Notes: a model not told the origin generated them from the letters alone. DNA of 32,000 bases from Arthrobacter sp. ov118 (GCF_900116495.1 NZ_FPAY01000005.1:163183-195182), one strand, 5' to 3'. Counted from the first letter of the stretch, positions 7,751 through 16,334 are shown. Made by a program: numbers and translations.

Positions 7751-8797
7751 ATGTACAGCAAAGACGGCGAAAACTACTTCATTGTCGACGCCCACATCGC
7801 ATTGTGGGACGCCCGCCCGGAAAACCAGCGGAATATCCATGGCAAGCAGTTCATCGATTGCTTCTACGACTACCACCGCAACCTCTCCCCCGACGAGGAA
7901 CAGTGGTCCTACGAGGAATACCTCTATCAGGGCGGCGCACGCCTTATGAAGGACCTGTTCGAAGACGGGTACGTCGACCATGCCATCTTCCAGCCGGCCT
8001 ATCTCGGCGCGTTCTACAAAAACGGATTCGCGCAGGTCGAGGAGGCGTACGGCCTCGCCGCCGCCAATCCGGGCAAACTCACGTACAACCACTGCTACGA
8101 CCCCCGCCACGGCGAGGCAGGCCTTGACCGACTGCGCGCCGACCACGAAAAGATGGGCTTCAAAGGAGTAAAGCTGTACACCGCCGAATGGCACGGCGAT
8201 TCCCGTGGTTACAAGCTCTCGGATCCTTGGTCCTACCGGTACTTCGAGGAGTGCCGCAAGCTGGGCATCAAGAACATCCACATCCACAAGGGACCAACCA
8301 TCCGCCCGCTGGACCGGGACGCTTTCGATGTCGCCGACGTCGACCACGCGGCATCGGACTTTACCGACCTGAACTTCATCGTCGAGCACGTCGGCCTGCC
8401 CCGGCTGGAAGACTTTTGCTGGATCGCCACCCAGGAACCCAATGTCCATGGCGGACTTGCCGTTGCCATGCCCTTCATGCACACCCGCCCGCGGTATTTC
8501 GCCCAGATCATCGGCGAGCTTATCTACTGGCTCGGTGAGGACCGGATCCAGTTCTCCAGCGACTACGCGCTATGGACACCCCGCTGGCTGATCGAGCGCT
8601 TCGTGGACTTCCAGATCCCGGAAGACATGACCGAATACGCCCCGCTCACTACCACCCAGAAGAAAAAGATCCTGGGACTGAACGCCGCAAAGATGTACGG
8701 CATCCCGGTGCCTGCAGAACTCCAGCTCCCGGATGCGGACGAGACAAAGACAGGACCACGACAGCCCGAACGCGCAGATCTGGCAGGCGTGCGATGA
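7751..8797 (+). CDS. Amidohydrolase-2 (PF04909-like, TIM-barrel metal-dependent hydrolase) family protein
   Basis: 348-aa ORF with AAGGAG 7 nt upstream. Amidohydrolase-like motifs are present (IVDAHIALW, GVKLY, NIHIHKG, VEHVG, FSSDY). Confidence 0.8.
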   Translation: MYSKDGENYFIVDAHIALWDARPENQRNIHGKQFIDCFYDYHRNLSPDEEQWSYEEYLYQGGARLMKDLFEDGYVDHAIFQPAYLGAFYKNGFAQVEEAYGLAAANPGKLTYNHCYDPRHGEAGLDRLRADHEKMGFKGVKLYTAEWHGDSRGYKLSDPWSYRYFEECRKLGIKNIHIHKGPTIRPLDRDAFDVADVDHAASDFTDLNFIVEHVGLPRLEDFCWIATQEPNVHGGLAVAMPFMHTRPRYFAQIIGELIYWLGEDRIQFSSDYALWTPRWLIERFVDFQIPEDMTEYAPLTTTQKKKILGLNAAKMYGIPVPAELQLPDADETKTGPRQPERADLAGVR

Positions 8798-9612
8798 CAG
8801 CCCTGATCGGCGATCCTGCAGCTGAAACCCAGATGGATGTGACCGAGGAGGACATCCGCCGTGCCTTGGAATCCGTGATCGACCCGGAACTGGATGAACC
8901 AATCACCGACCTGGGCTTCATCCGTTCCATTCAGGTCCAAACCGCTGGTGGGGGTGCGCAGGTCGAAGTGCACTTACGCCTGCCCACCTCCTTCTGCTCG
9001 CCAAATTTCGCCTACCTCATGGCCTCCGACAGCAAGGACGCCATCTCCGCACTGCCCGCTGTGGCGCAGGTGGTCGTCGAATTGGACGACCACCACGACT
9101 CCGACCTCATCAACGCCGGGCTGGCCGCAGACGCAGGGTACCGCGGCACGTTCCTGCACGAAGCTGAGGACAGCCTGGACGAGCTGCGGTGGACGTTCCG
9201 CCGCAAGGCCCACACCGCTGCAATGGAACGCTGCCTCACCGACCTCCTTCGTGCCAACGCCGAACTCCTGGAAACGCAGATGGGGACCGTTCGCCTCCGG
9301 GACCTTCCGGCCGGAAGAAACAAGCAAGCACTGCTGCGCAGACGCTCAGCGCTCGGCCTGCCCGAGGCTGCGGACTCCATAGTCCTGGTTAACCACGAAG
9401 GCCACCCCTATCCACCTGAGGCCGTCCCAATGGCACTTCGCCGGGCACGCTCGACCCGCATCTCCATTGACGGAAACGCGCACTTCTGCCGGGGTCTGCT
9501 GCGTACACGCTATGAGGGCTCCGGCGCGGACCAGAGCGCACGGCCCGAGGGTGCCGAGGCCAAAGACCACCACAACCTACTTCCGCTGAAAGTCAAGGAG
9601 ATTCACTCATGA
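8794..9612 (+). CDS. DUF59 (MIP18/metal-sulfur cluster assembly-like) domain protein with about 170-aa C-terminal extension
   Basis: The ATG at 8794 overlaps the upstream stop (ATGA). The N-terminus (EEDIRRALESVIDPELDEPITDLGFIRSI...VHLRLPTSFCSPN) is a typical DUF59 domain. I do not recognise the remainder. Confidence 0.7.
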   Translation: MTALIGDPAAETQMDVTEEDIRRALESVIDPELDEPITDLGFIRSIQVQTAGGGAQVEVHLRLPTSFCSPNFAYLMASDSKDAISALPAVAQVVVELDDHHDSDLINAGLAADAGYRGTFLHEAEDSLDELRWTFRRKAHTAAMERCLTDLLRANAELLETQMGTVRLRDLPAGRNKQALLRRRSALGLPEAADSIVLVNHEGHPYPPEAVPMALRRARSTRISIDGNAHFCRGLLRTRYEGSGADQSARPEGAEAKDHHNLLPLKVKEIHS

Positions 9613-10643
9613 GCACCATGCGAGCCGTCCAGGTAGTCGGCTACCACGAAGGCCTGAAAATGGCAGAAGTGCCGGCCCCTGTAGTCACCGGCCCCCTGGA
9701 CGTCGTCGTCAGAATCGGCGGCGCCGGCGTTTGCCGCACCGACCTGCACATTCTCGAAGGACAGTGGGCCGAAAAATCCCAGGTTCACCTCCCCTACACC
9801 ATCGGCCACGAGAACGCCGGATGGGTGCACGCAGTCGGTAGCGCCGTCACCAACGTGAAGGAAGGCGACAAAGTCATCCTGCACCCACTCATCACCTGCG
9901 GTCTCTGCCGCGCCTGCCGTTCCGGCGACGACGTGCACTGCGAGCAGAGCAAGTTCCCCGGCATCGACACCAGCGGCGGGTACGCAGAATACCTTCTGAC
10001 ATCCGCCCGATCGGTCGTAAAAATCGACGACTCGCTGGAGCCCGCCGACGTCGCGGCACTGGCCGACGCCGGCCTGACCGCCTATCACGCAGCCGCCAAA
10101 GCGGCCAAGCGCCTGACGGCCAGGGACACCTGCGTCGTCATCGGCGCAGGTGGATTGGGGCACATCGGAATCCAGGTTCTCACAGCGCTCACGCCGGGCC
10201 GCATCATTGTCGTCGACCGTAACGCTGCCGCCCTGGACCTTGCCAAGGAAATCGGGGCGCACGAAGGCGTTCTGGCCGACGGAACCCAGGTCGAGCAAGT
10301 CCTTGCGCTGACCGATGGCAAAGGAGCTGAGGCACTCATCGACTTCGTCGGTGAGGGCGGCGCGACCGCCCAGGGCGTCGCCATGCTGCGCCGGGCCGGA
10401 GATTACTATGTGGTGGGCTACGGCGAGAACATCAACGTCCCCACTATCGACATTGTCTCGGCCGAGATCAACATCATCGGCAACCTCGTCGGCTCCTACA
10501 ACGACCTCCAGGACCTCATGGCGCTGGCAGCACGCGGCGCCGTCACGCTTCATACCCAGAAATACGCCCTGGACGACTTCCAGCAGGCAATCAGCGACCT
10601 CGACGCGGGCAAGGTCCGCGGCCGGGCCATCCTCGTGCCCTAG
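9609..10643 (+). CDS. Zinc-dependent NAD(P) alcohol dehydrogenase (MDR family)
   Basis: 344 aa, with an ATGA overlap with the upstream gene and AAGGAG upstream. It carries GVCRTDLH and GHENAG catalytic-zinc motifs, a CGLCRACRSGDDVHC structural-zinc loop, and a VIGAGGLGHIG Rossmann motif. Confidence 0.9.
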   Translation: MSTMRAVQVVGYHEGLKMAEVPAPVVTGPLDVVVRIGGAGVCRTDLHILEGQWAEKSQVHLPYTIGHENAGWVHAVGSAVTNVKEGDKVILHPLITCGLCRACRSGDDVHCEQSKFPGIDTSGGYAEYLLTSARSVVKIDDSLEPADVAALADAGLTAYHAAAKAAKRLTARDTCVVIGAGGLGHIGIQVLTALTPGRIIVVDRNAAALDLAKEIGAHEGVLADGTQVEQVLALTDGKGAEALIDFVGEGGATAQGVAMLRRAGDYYVVGYGENINVPTIDIVSAEINIIGNLVGSYNDLQDLMALAARGAVTLHTQKYALDDFQQAISDLDAGKVRGRAILVP

Positions 10644-10689
10644 CAGCCAACCTTGGGGGAATACGACACACCTCAAAGAGAGTAGACAC

Positions 10690-11079
10690 GTTTTCTTCGC
10701 CGCAGGAGGAGGTGCACCCGGATTTGCCAAGGGACTGGCGTCCAACCTCTCCGGCGTCACGTACGGGTGGCTGATAGCACTGCTGACCAGCATGGCAGAC
10801 TTCCCCGGCATGCTCGCCATTGGTGTATCCGTCGCAGCCCTGGCCATGTGCCTGCAAGCAGGGTGGGCACCACTGTCCTTTATCCCCGGCGCCTTCGCAG
10901 GGACAGCGGTGTTCTTCGGAGCACAGCTGTCATTCTGGCCCACCACAGTTTCCCTCATCATCGGCACCGGCCTCGGATGGCTTTCAGCCTTACTCGGAGA
11001 CCGCATACAGACTCTCGTCAGCAAACCCCGCCGTGTGCCTCCCACAGACGACCCAAGCCGTCCCGTCCGCACAGCCTAA
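10690..11079 (+). pseudogene. 5'-truncated small polytopic membrane protein remnant (resembles DUF1097/YcdZ-like family, from memory)
   Basis: The hydrophobic reading frame (FAAGGGAPGFAKGL...LAMCLQAGWAPLSFIPGAFAGTAVFFGAQ...LIIGTGLGWL) is open from inside the ADH gene. No in-frame ATG/GTG/TTG occurs between the ADH stop and the ATG at 10792. About 35-40 N-terminal residues appear to be missing. Confidence 0.35.
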
Positions 11080-11140
11080 GAAAACGATCCCATCGGAACG
11101 GGCTACCGCCGTGCCCACCTGCCTCACCAAAGGACCTAGA

Positions 11141-11458
11141 TTGATTTTCATCACCGCAAAATTTCCAGTAAAACCAGAGCACGCCAACAACTGGGCCGAC
11201 ATCACCAAGGACTTCACCGAAACCACGAACGCAGAAGAAGGCTGCCTCGTCTTCGAATGGTCACGCTCTCTCGAAGACCCCAATACCTACGTGTTAGTGG
11301 AAGCCTTCCGCGACGACGAGTCCGGTTCCAAACACGTGCAGTCGGCCCACTTCAGAAAAGCCACCACCGAACTTCCCACCTACCTTTCTGCGACGCCCGA
11401 CATAATCAACGTCAGAGTCGAAGGCTGGTCAAAGCTGGGCGAAATGGCAGTCGACTAA
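11141..11458 (+). CDS. Antibiotic-biosynthesis-monooxygenase (ABM, dimeric alpha-beta barrel) domain protein
   Basis: TTG start with AAAGGA upstream. The 105-aa product (IFITAKFPVKPEH...GCLVFEWSRSLEDPNTYVLVEAFRDDESGSKHVQSAHF) is typical of ABM domains. Confidence 0.65.
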   Translation: MIFITAKFPVKPEHANNWADITKDFTETTNAEEGCLVFEWSRSLEDPNTYVLVEAFRDDESGSKHVQSAHFRKATTELPTYLSATPDIINVRVEGWSKLGEMAVD

Positions 11459-11469
11459 ACCCAACTCCT

Positions 11470-11514
11470 ACATAGGACTCGTGGCTGCATGAACTCGTGT
11501 CAGCAGAAATAGGC
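11470..11514 (+). repeat. Copy B of the short direct repeat (with 16-nt internal insertion)
   Basis: ACATAGGACTCGTG[gctgcatgaactcgtg]TCAGCAGAAATAGGC begins 12 nt after the ABM stop codon. See copy A at 1045-1073. Confidence 0.6.
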
Positions 11515-11740
11515 ACGGAGGAAGCCCGCAACTAGCAACGGCATCATCTGGTCACGGGTGTGGACACCGTACACGCCACCTTCGGCCGGGCATACAGCCG
11601 CATTGACCAACCGCGCCAGGATGCGTTTTGTTGCAGATGCCCATCGGAAACCTTCCCTCTGTCCAGCATCGCACCCCGGTTACCCGCCGCGAACCCCTGC
11701 AGCAGCCTGAGGATGGGATGACAACGTCCGAGGCGGGTGT

Positions 11741-12328
11741 TCAGGTCTCCGGCCGCCAGCGCGGGTCCCGTCCGGCCAGCCCCAGCACCCGCTCGAACTG
11801 TCCGGCTCCTTCGCCGACGGCAATGCGCGGGCCGAACAGTCCGTTCCGTGCGTCGGGGTCGTCCGGGATGCCGGCGCAGAACGCCTCGACCGCGTCGAGG
11901 GCCTCCGGTTCCGGCTCGTAGCCCTGTCCCGTGGCCACGGCCAGGTCCCAGCCGTGCAGCACCACCTCATCGAGGGCGACCAGTCCCGCGTCCTCGGCGG
12001 GCATGGTCACGCCGCCGGCCGCCGTCGTGCCGGCCCACGCCCCGGTTTCCTTCCACGCCGCGGCGAGCTCTTCGAGGCGTGCCGGGATGAGCTCGCGCCA
12101 ATTCGCTGGAAGGACGAGACCGCTGGGGTCGGGCGGCGTGTTGGTGGTGGGGCCATTGATCTTCCGCGCCGCATCGCGGAACGCGATGGCCAGGCCGTGC
12201 AGGTGGGCCAGCATCAGACGTACCGGCATGTCCTCGCAGGGCGTGGGCGCGTCGAGCTGGGCGTCCTCGGTGCCGCGCACCAGGTCGGCGACCAGTCTCG
12301 TGCTCCCGATAAGATCGATGGTAGACAT
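11741..12328 (-). CDS. DinB-like / mycothiol-dependent maleylpyruvate isomerase N-terminal domain family protein (TIGR03086-like)
   Basis: 195-aa ORF with GGAGG 6 nt upstream. The sequence style (TPCEDMPVRLMLAHLHG...VLHGWDLAVATGQ) matches actinobacterial DinB/MDMPI metal-binding proteins. Confidence 0.75.
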   Translation of the reverse strand: MSTIDLIGSTRLVADLVRGTEDAQLDAPTPCEDMPVRLMLAHLHGLAIAFRDAARKINGPTTNTPPDPSGLVLPANWRELIPARLEELAAAWKETGAWAGTTAAGGVTMPAEDAGLVALDEVVLHGWDLAVATGQGYEPEPEALDAVEAFCAGIPDDPDARNGLFGPRIAVGEGAGQFERVLGLAGRDPRWRPET

Positions 12329-12530
12329 TAGCGACCTCCATCCGCCGGTTCACCCCCAGACTAGGGACGTCCCCTGCGGTTGTCGACTCCGTTCCTGCGC
12401 TCCATGCGGAGCGCGTCCGGCCTGGCCGGCCCAGTACATCGACCGGCCCCGGCCCGAGCACGAGGGGCCGGACACGCCGTCGACGCCATGACATGGGCGC
12501 TGGAGCACCTGGACGAGTCGCTGGGCGTAT

Positions 12531-12558
12531 CCCGCAAAAACCCCCTCTGACGAGGGGG
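12531..12558 (-). terminator. Rho-independent terminator (minus strand)
   Basis: On the minus strand CCCCCTC-gtca-GAGGGGG is followed by TTTTTGCGGG. It lies 6 nt downstream of the tRNA-3'-end-like segment. Confidence 0.7.
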
Positions 12559-12564
12559 AATGCT

Positions 12565-12587
12565 GTGCCCGAGGTGGGACTCGAACC
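12565..12587 (-). other. tRNA 3'-end-like fragment (T-loop plus 3' acceptor strand of a class-II Leu/Ser-type tRNA) without a foldable 5' half
   Basis: The minus strand reads GGTTCGAGTCCCACCTCGGGCAC. The 5' T-stem partner expected upstream (GTGGG) is replaced by GCCCG. I could not draw a cloverleaf or a 7-nt anticodon loop from the upstream 90 nt. Confidence 0.5.
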
Positions 12588-12894
12588 GGGCGCCTCCCCT
12601 TGAAAACCGCCACTCCCCCGCAAACCTCGCCGATCCGGCGAGGTCCGGCACCGGTACAACCGAGTCCGGAGCACAGGTGTGCACATTGTGCACCCCTTAT
12701 TTTGCTTTGGTGCGCCGGAGCCGACGCCGGAGCCGCAATCCTGGTCTGCTGCCCGCGGCTTCCTTCCATACGATCGCAAGGAACTCCGGCCGCCTTAGCG
12801 CGCGAAATGCGGGTCACAGGTCGCCATCGCTGTCTCCGCGGTAAATTTCATCGCGTCTCTGCCACTGCGGCCTTGGTTGGGATATGCTCCTGCC

Positions 12895-15800
12895 ATGGCA
12901 CGGCGCAGTTTTCTTCAATGGCCGGTCGTCCGGCAGCTGAGTACGGGCGATCTGCTGGGCCGCGGGCCGGCAGTAACCTCCCCGCAGACGAGGACTATCA
13001 CGCCGCGGACGGCCACTGCGGACCGAGTGGTGCAGAGTGTGTGCCCCTACTGCGCCGTGGGCTGTGGACAGCGGGTCTACGTCAAGGACGAGAAAGTCGT
13101 TCAAATCGAGGGTGACCCGGATTCGCCCATCTCCCGCGGCCGGCTGTGCCCCAAGGGCTCGGCCAGCGAGCAGCTGGTCAACTCACCGGGCCGGCAAACC
13201 GGAGTGCTCTACCGTGCGCCACGCTCCACTGAGTGGCAGCAGCTTGATCTCGCGACAGCCATCGACATGGTGGCTGACCGGTTCATCGAGACCCGCCGCA
13301 GGACGTGGCAGCAGGAAGACGAAAAGGGACGGTTGCTGCGCCGCACCATGGGCATAGCCTCCTTGGGCGGGGCAACCCTGGACAACGAAGAGAACTACTT
13401 GATCAAGAAACTCTTCACGGCTGCCGGGGCAGTGCAAATCGAGAACCAAGCGCGCATTTGACACTCCGCCACGGTTCCCAGTTTGGGAGCCTCGTTTGGA
13501 CGCGGTGGTGCGACTCAATCACTGCAAGACATGGCCAACGCCGACTGCATCATCATCCAGGGTTCCAACATGGCCGAATGCCATCCTGTGGGGTACCAGT
13601 GGGTGGCGGAGGCCAAGGCCCGTGGAGCGAAGGTCATCCACGTCGATCCCCGGTTCACGCGCACCTCCGCGGTCGCGGACAAGCACATTCCGATCCGGGC
13701 CGGCTCTGACGTTGTTCTTCTGGGCGCGCTGATTAACTACGTCCTGACCCACGACCTGTGGTTCAAGGAGTACGTGAGCGCCTACACCAACGCGGCCACG
13801 CTGGTTCACGCCGATTACCGCGACGCCGAAGACCTCGGCGGGCTTTTTAGCGGCTTCGATCCTGAGACGGGAGCGTATGACACTGCATCATGGGCGTACG
13901 CGGAACAAGGCGGCGACAGCATCGATGATCCTGGGGCTGGCACGGAACACGGCTCCGATGCTTCGGCCCGTGCCGCTGGCCACCAGTTTGGCAGCGGAGG
14001 TCCGCCCCTGGAGCACGCCCAGGTGCAGCGTGACGATACCCTGCAGGACCCCCGGACGGTCTTCCAGATCCTGAAACGGCATTACGCCCGTTACACCCCG
14101 GAGATGGTCCAGGACATGTGTGGCATCGACGTCAGGGACTTCGAGTATCTGGCCCACGCCATAACGGAAAACTCGGGGCGCGAACGGACAACCTGCTTCG
14201 CCTACTCCGTCGGCTGGACCCAGCACTCGCTGGGAGCGCAGTTCATCCGCTCAGCCGCCATCCTGCAACTTTTGCTTGGGAACGTGGGCCGCCCGGGCAG
14301 CGGAATCATGGCCCTGCGCGGTCATGCCAGCATCCAAGGCTCCACGGACATTCCGACCCTGTTCAACCTGCTGCCCGGGTACTTGCCAATGCCCAGTGCC
14401 GGCCGCCATGACACCCTCAGCGAATATCTGGAAGCCATCGCGTCCAAGAAGCAGAAGGGTTATTGGACGGATGCCGACTCCTACACCGTCAGCCTGCTGA
14501 AAGCCTGGTGGGGCGATGCCGCGAGGGCGGAGAACGACTGGGCCTACGACTACCTTCCGAGACTGAACGGCGCGCACGGTACCTACGAGACTGTGATGAG
14601 CATGCTTGAGGACAAGGTGGAGGGTTACTTCTTGCTCGGACAGAACCCTGCAGTGGGCTCGTCTAACGGCCGGATGCAACGCATGGGCATGTCGCACCTG
14701 AAGTGGCTGGTGGTCCGTGACTTGAATCTCATCGAGTCGGCGACCTGGTGGAAAGACGGCCCGGAGATCGAATCGGGGGAACTGCGCACCGAGGACATCG
14801 AGACCGAGGTGTTCTTCATGCCTGCGGCAACCCACGTGGAGAAGGCTGGCTCGTTCACGCAGACCCAACGGCTGCTGCAATGGCGGCACCAGGCGGTCGC
14901 CCCGCCCGGGGAGTGCCAGAGTGAGTTGCAGTTCTTCTTCCAGCTTGGCCAGCGGATCCGGGAGAAGTTGGCTGGTTCGGAGGACGAACGCGACCGTCCG
15001 CTGCTCGACCTGACCTGGGATTATCCCACCGACGAACATGGAGATCCGGACGCCGAGGCGGTGCTTGCCGAGATCAACGGTCGTCACCTCAACGGCCCGG
15101 ATGCGGGCAAACCCCTCTCCGCGTATACAGAGCTCCGCGCCGACGGTTCCACATCGGCGGGCTGCTGGATCTACACCGGCGTGTACGCCGACGGCATCAA
15201 CCATGCCGCCAACCGGAAACCCGGCCAGGAGCAGGGCCCCGCGGCCTCTGAATGGGGCTGGGCGTGGCCGGCCAACCGCCGGATCCTCTACAACCGGGCG
15301 TCGGCCGACCCGGCAGGCAAGCCGTGGAGCGAGCGGAAGAAATACGTCTGGTGGGACCAGGAAAAGGGCCGTTGGGTCGGAGACGATGTTCCCGACTTCC
15401 CGGTTGACCGGGCACCGGGCAGCCAACCCGACCCAGACCTCGGCGGCGCTGCCGCCCTCACCGGAGATGATCCATTCATCATGCAGGCGGACGGCAAGGG
15501 CTGGTTGTTTGCCCCAAAGGGCGTCGTCGACGGTCCCCTTCCCACCCACTACGAACCGCAGGAATCGCCAGTGGCCAACGCGCTTTACCCGCAACAGCAA
15601 AATCCGGCGCGGCTAGTGTTCCCCCGTGCGGATAACCTCAGCGCACCAAGCGCCGGTACCCCTGGCGCGGACGTGTATCCCTACGTCTTCACCACGTACC
15701 GCCTCACCGAGCACCACACGGCAGGCGGCATGAGCCGCTGGTTGCCATACCTCTCGGAGCTGCAACCGGAAATGTTCTGCGAGGTCTCACCCGAGCTGGC

Positions 15801-16230
15801 CGCCGAGCGCGGACTTGAGCCCTACGGGTGGGCCACTATTATTTCGGCCCGCTCCGCCATCGAGGCGAAGGTGCTTGTCACTGACCGGATGAGGCCCCTG
15901 GCCGTTGGGGGTCACACCGTGCATCAGATCGGACTGCCCTACCACTGGGGCGTCGGCAGTAATGCCGTCGTCAGCGGTGACGCGGCCAACGATCTGCTGG
16001 GCGTGACGCTGGATCCCAACGTCCAGATCCAGGAATCCAAGGTGGCCTCCTGCGACATCCGTCCGGGCCGCCGGCCCCGGGGCGAGGAACTGCTTGCCTT
16101 GGTTTCTGAGTATCAGGCGCGGGCCGGAGTGACCATCGAGACCGGTAATCGCGCCGTCACCAATCCGGCTCTGGAAGGCATCGAACCAGGCCCAGGTGAG
16201 GGCGGCCGTGCCGCTGGTGGGCCGGGATGA
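12895..16230 (+). CDS. Formate dehydrogenase alpha subunit (Mo/W-bis-MGD, FdnG/FdoG-like), Tat-exported, selenocysteine at in-frame TGA 13459-13461
   Basis: ORFs 12877-13461 and 13483-16230 are in the same frame and are separated only by the TGA. The context ENQARI-TGA-HSATVPSLGASFGRGG matches the NQARVUHGPTV Sec site of FdnG. It has an N-terminal twin-arginine motif (MARRSFLQ) and a CPYCAVGCG Fe-S motif. The ATG at 12895 is preferred over the TTG at 12877. Confidence 0.9.
13473..13491 (+). promoter_or_regulatory. SECIS-like hairpin (mRNA element) 11 nt downstream of the Sec UGA
   Basis: GGUUCCCA-GUU-UGGGAGCC forms an 8-bp stem (one G-U pair) with a GUU loop. The spacer 13462-13472 is 11 nt. 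An outer helix CCGCCACG/CGCGGUGG can extend it. Confidence 0.65.
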
Positions 16231-16334
16231 TGAAAATGACCGCTACTGCTTTAGCCGAAGCACACATTGCACCGCCCGGACAGCCCCTGCCTACCGGCAG
16301 CGTTCCGGGTACCGACTCAAAGTTGGAGGACTAG

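Noticed and set aside
9603-11072. Long antisense ORFs listed in the track (for example 9603-11072 -, 14251-15600 -, 16344-17126 -, 20258-21106 -, 21830-22663 -, 23924-25627 -, 25727-26896 -, 27386-28441 -).
   Set aside because: Each lies opposite a gene with strong family-level sequence signatures. Their translations are Arg/Ala/Gly/Pro-rich and low in complexity with no recognisable motifs. This is the usual stop-codon-poor antisense frame of high-GC DNA.
12560-12675. A complete tRNA gene (Leu, Ser or a second Sec/opal-suppressor tRNA) on the minus strand. The idea was prompted by GGTTCGAGTCCCACC and a TTCAA string.
   Set aside because: The 5' T-stem strand does not pair with CCCAC. No 7-nt anticodon loop on a 5-bp stem can be drawn around TTTTCAAG. 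The region that would be the D or anticodon arm is an 8-bp/3-nt hairpin. It is kept only as a tRNA-3'-fragment or structured-RNA observation.
12877-12894. The TTG at 12877 as the FDH alpha start, as listed in the ORF track.
   Set aside because: The ATG at 12895 places the twin-arginine motif (MARRSFL) at the very N-terminus, as expected for a Tat signal peptide. The six extra codons add nothing recognisable. The choice remains uncertain.
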